A DNA stretch of 63,204 nucleotides, filler included, from Octopus bimaculoides (lineage: Eukaryota), in NCBI RefSeq assembly GCF_001194135.2. It is 5 parts of 4 records of this genome, joined end to end, with 100 filler letters (N's around TTAATTAATTAA, not from the genome) between each part and the next. Parts side by side here need not be neighbours in the genome. Positions count along the whole stretch, not along the records: positions 53,849 to 63,204 come from NC_068986.1; 4 more parts are not named here. One strand, written 5' to 3'. A program made the translations under genes and the position numbers. Under the pieces are notes generated by a model. That model made no database searches. It had not been told where the DNA came from and saw nothing but the letters and a program-made list of their open reading frames with translations. Of the stretch, positions 62,725 to 63,204 are shown in pieces (position 1 is the first letter of the stretch; each line of letters begins with the position of its first letter).

Positions 62725-62818
62725 ACCCAACCCTAATCCTAACACTAACCCTAAACCCTAACCCTAAAACCGTAACCGTAACACTAATCCTAACCCTAAC
62801 CATAACCCTGACCCTAGT
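62725..62818 (-). repeat. degenerate interstitial telomere-like (TTAGGG)n / (CCCTAA)n array
   Basis: ccaaccctaatcctaacactaaccctaaaccctaaccctaaaaccgtaaccgtaacactaatcctaaccctaaccataaccctgaccctag. Confidence 0.8.
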
Positions 62819-63204
62819 GAAAATCGTGGTATATTTACAAAACATTGACGAACATGAGTTACATGTTACTGAATGATTGTGCACTTGCACGTGTATGCGT
62901 TTTAGAGAGCGAGAGAGGAAGAGGTAGAGAGAGGGGGAGAAAGGAATAGAGGTAGTTAAAAGTTTTCTTATGACGGTTTCTCTTCACTGCCTATTACTTC
63001 ATTAGAAATCTACAGATGCACATACGCACATAATAGAGAAAAATGAAACAAATATGGACGACTTGCTCCGAAACACCACCGAGTGGGGAACACTTCTCAA
63101 AAATAACCTGCAGTTGTTTCCTTCAAAATTCCTACATGCTCGAAATGTACATACATCAAGGTATATTTGTAGAAAATTTCACGAAAAAATACTCATTTTC
63201 CTGT

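Overview
Gappy, AT-rich, repeat-saturated animal genomic DNA with many N-gaps and microsatellites. The SINE, LINE and microsatellite repertoire suggests a cephalopod, probably Octopus; this is an inference from recalled repeat families. No intact protein-coding gene can be supported. Almost all long ORFs in the track are artefacts of microsatellites or N-runs. Recognisable content: degenerate mariner and Tc1 DNA transposons, two non-autonomous Helitron-type elements, RTE, R4/Dong-like and CR1-like LINE fragments, and at least three tRNA-derived SINE families. There is also an internally deleted Ty3/Gypsy LTR retrotransposon (35443-38721) with both LTRs, a tRNA-Ser primer-binding site and a polypurine tract, and a decayed Penelope-like element (RT plus GIY-YIG, about 60060-61920). 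The most interesting signal is a set of sequence-unrelated long palindromes at or next to (TA)n tracts (about 8.8, 16.7-17.3, 29.8-30.4, 35.2-35.4 and 45.0 kb). Each arm carries an outward-facing type I hammerhead-ribozyme motif with a palindromic, nearly loopless stem III. The cores are intact in the 16.7 kb and 29.8 kb elements. A solo hammerhead-like motif lies in a TA tract at 9.9 kb, and a decayed one marks the 3' end of the Penelope-like element, which points to a Penelope origin for the palindromes. Two isolated candidate exons and a GC-rich, promoter-like left edge are low-confidence host-gene signals. All folds and alignments were done by eye.
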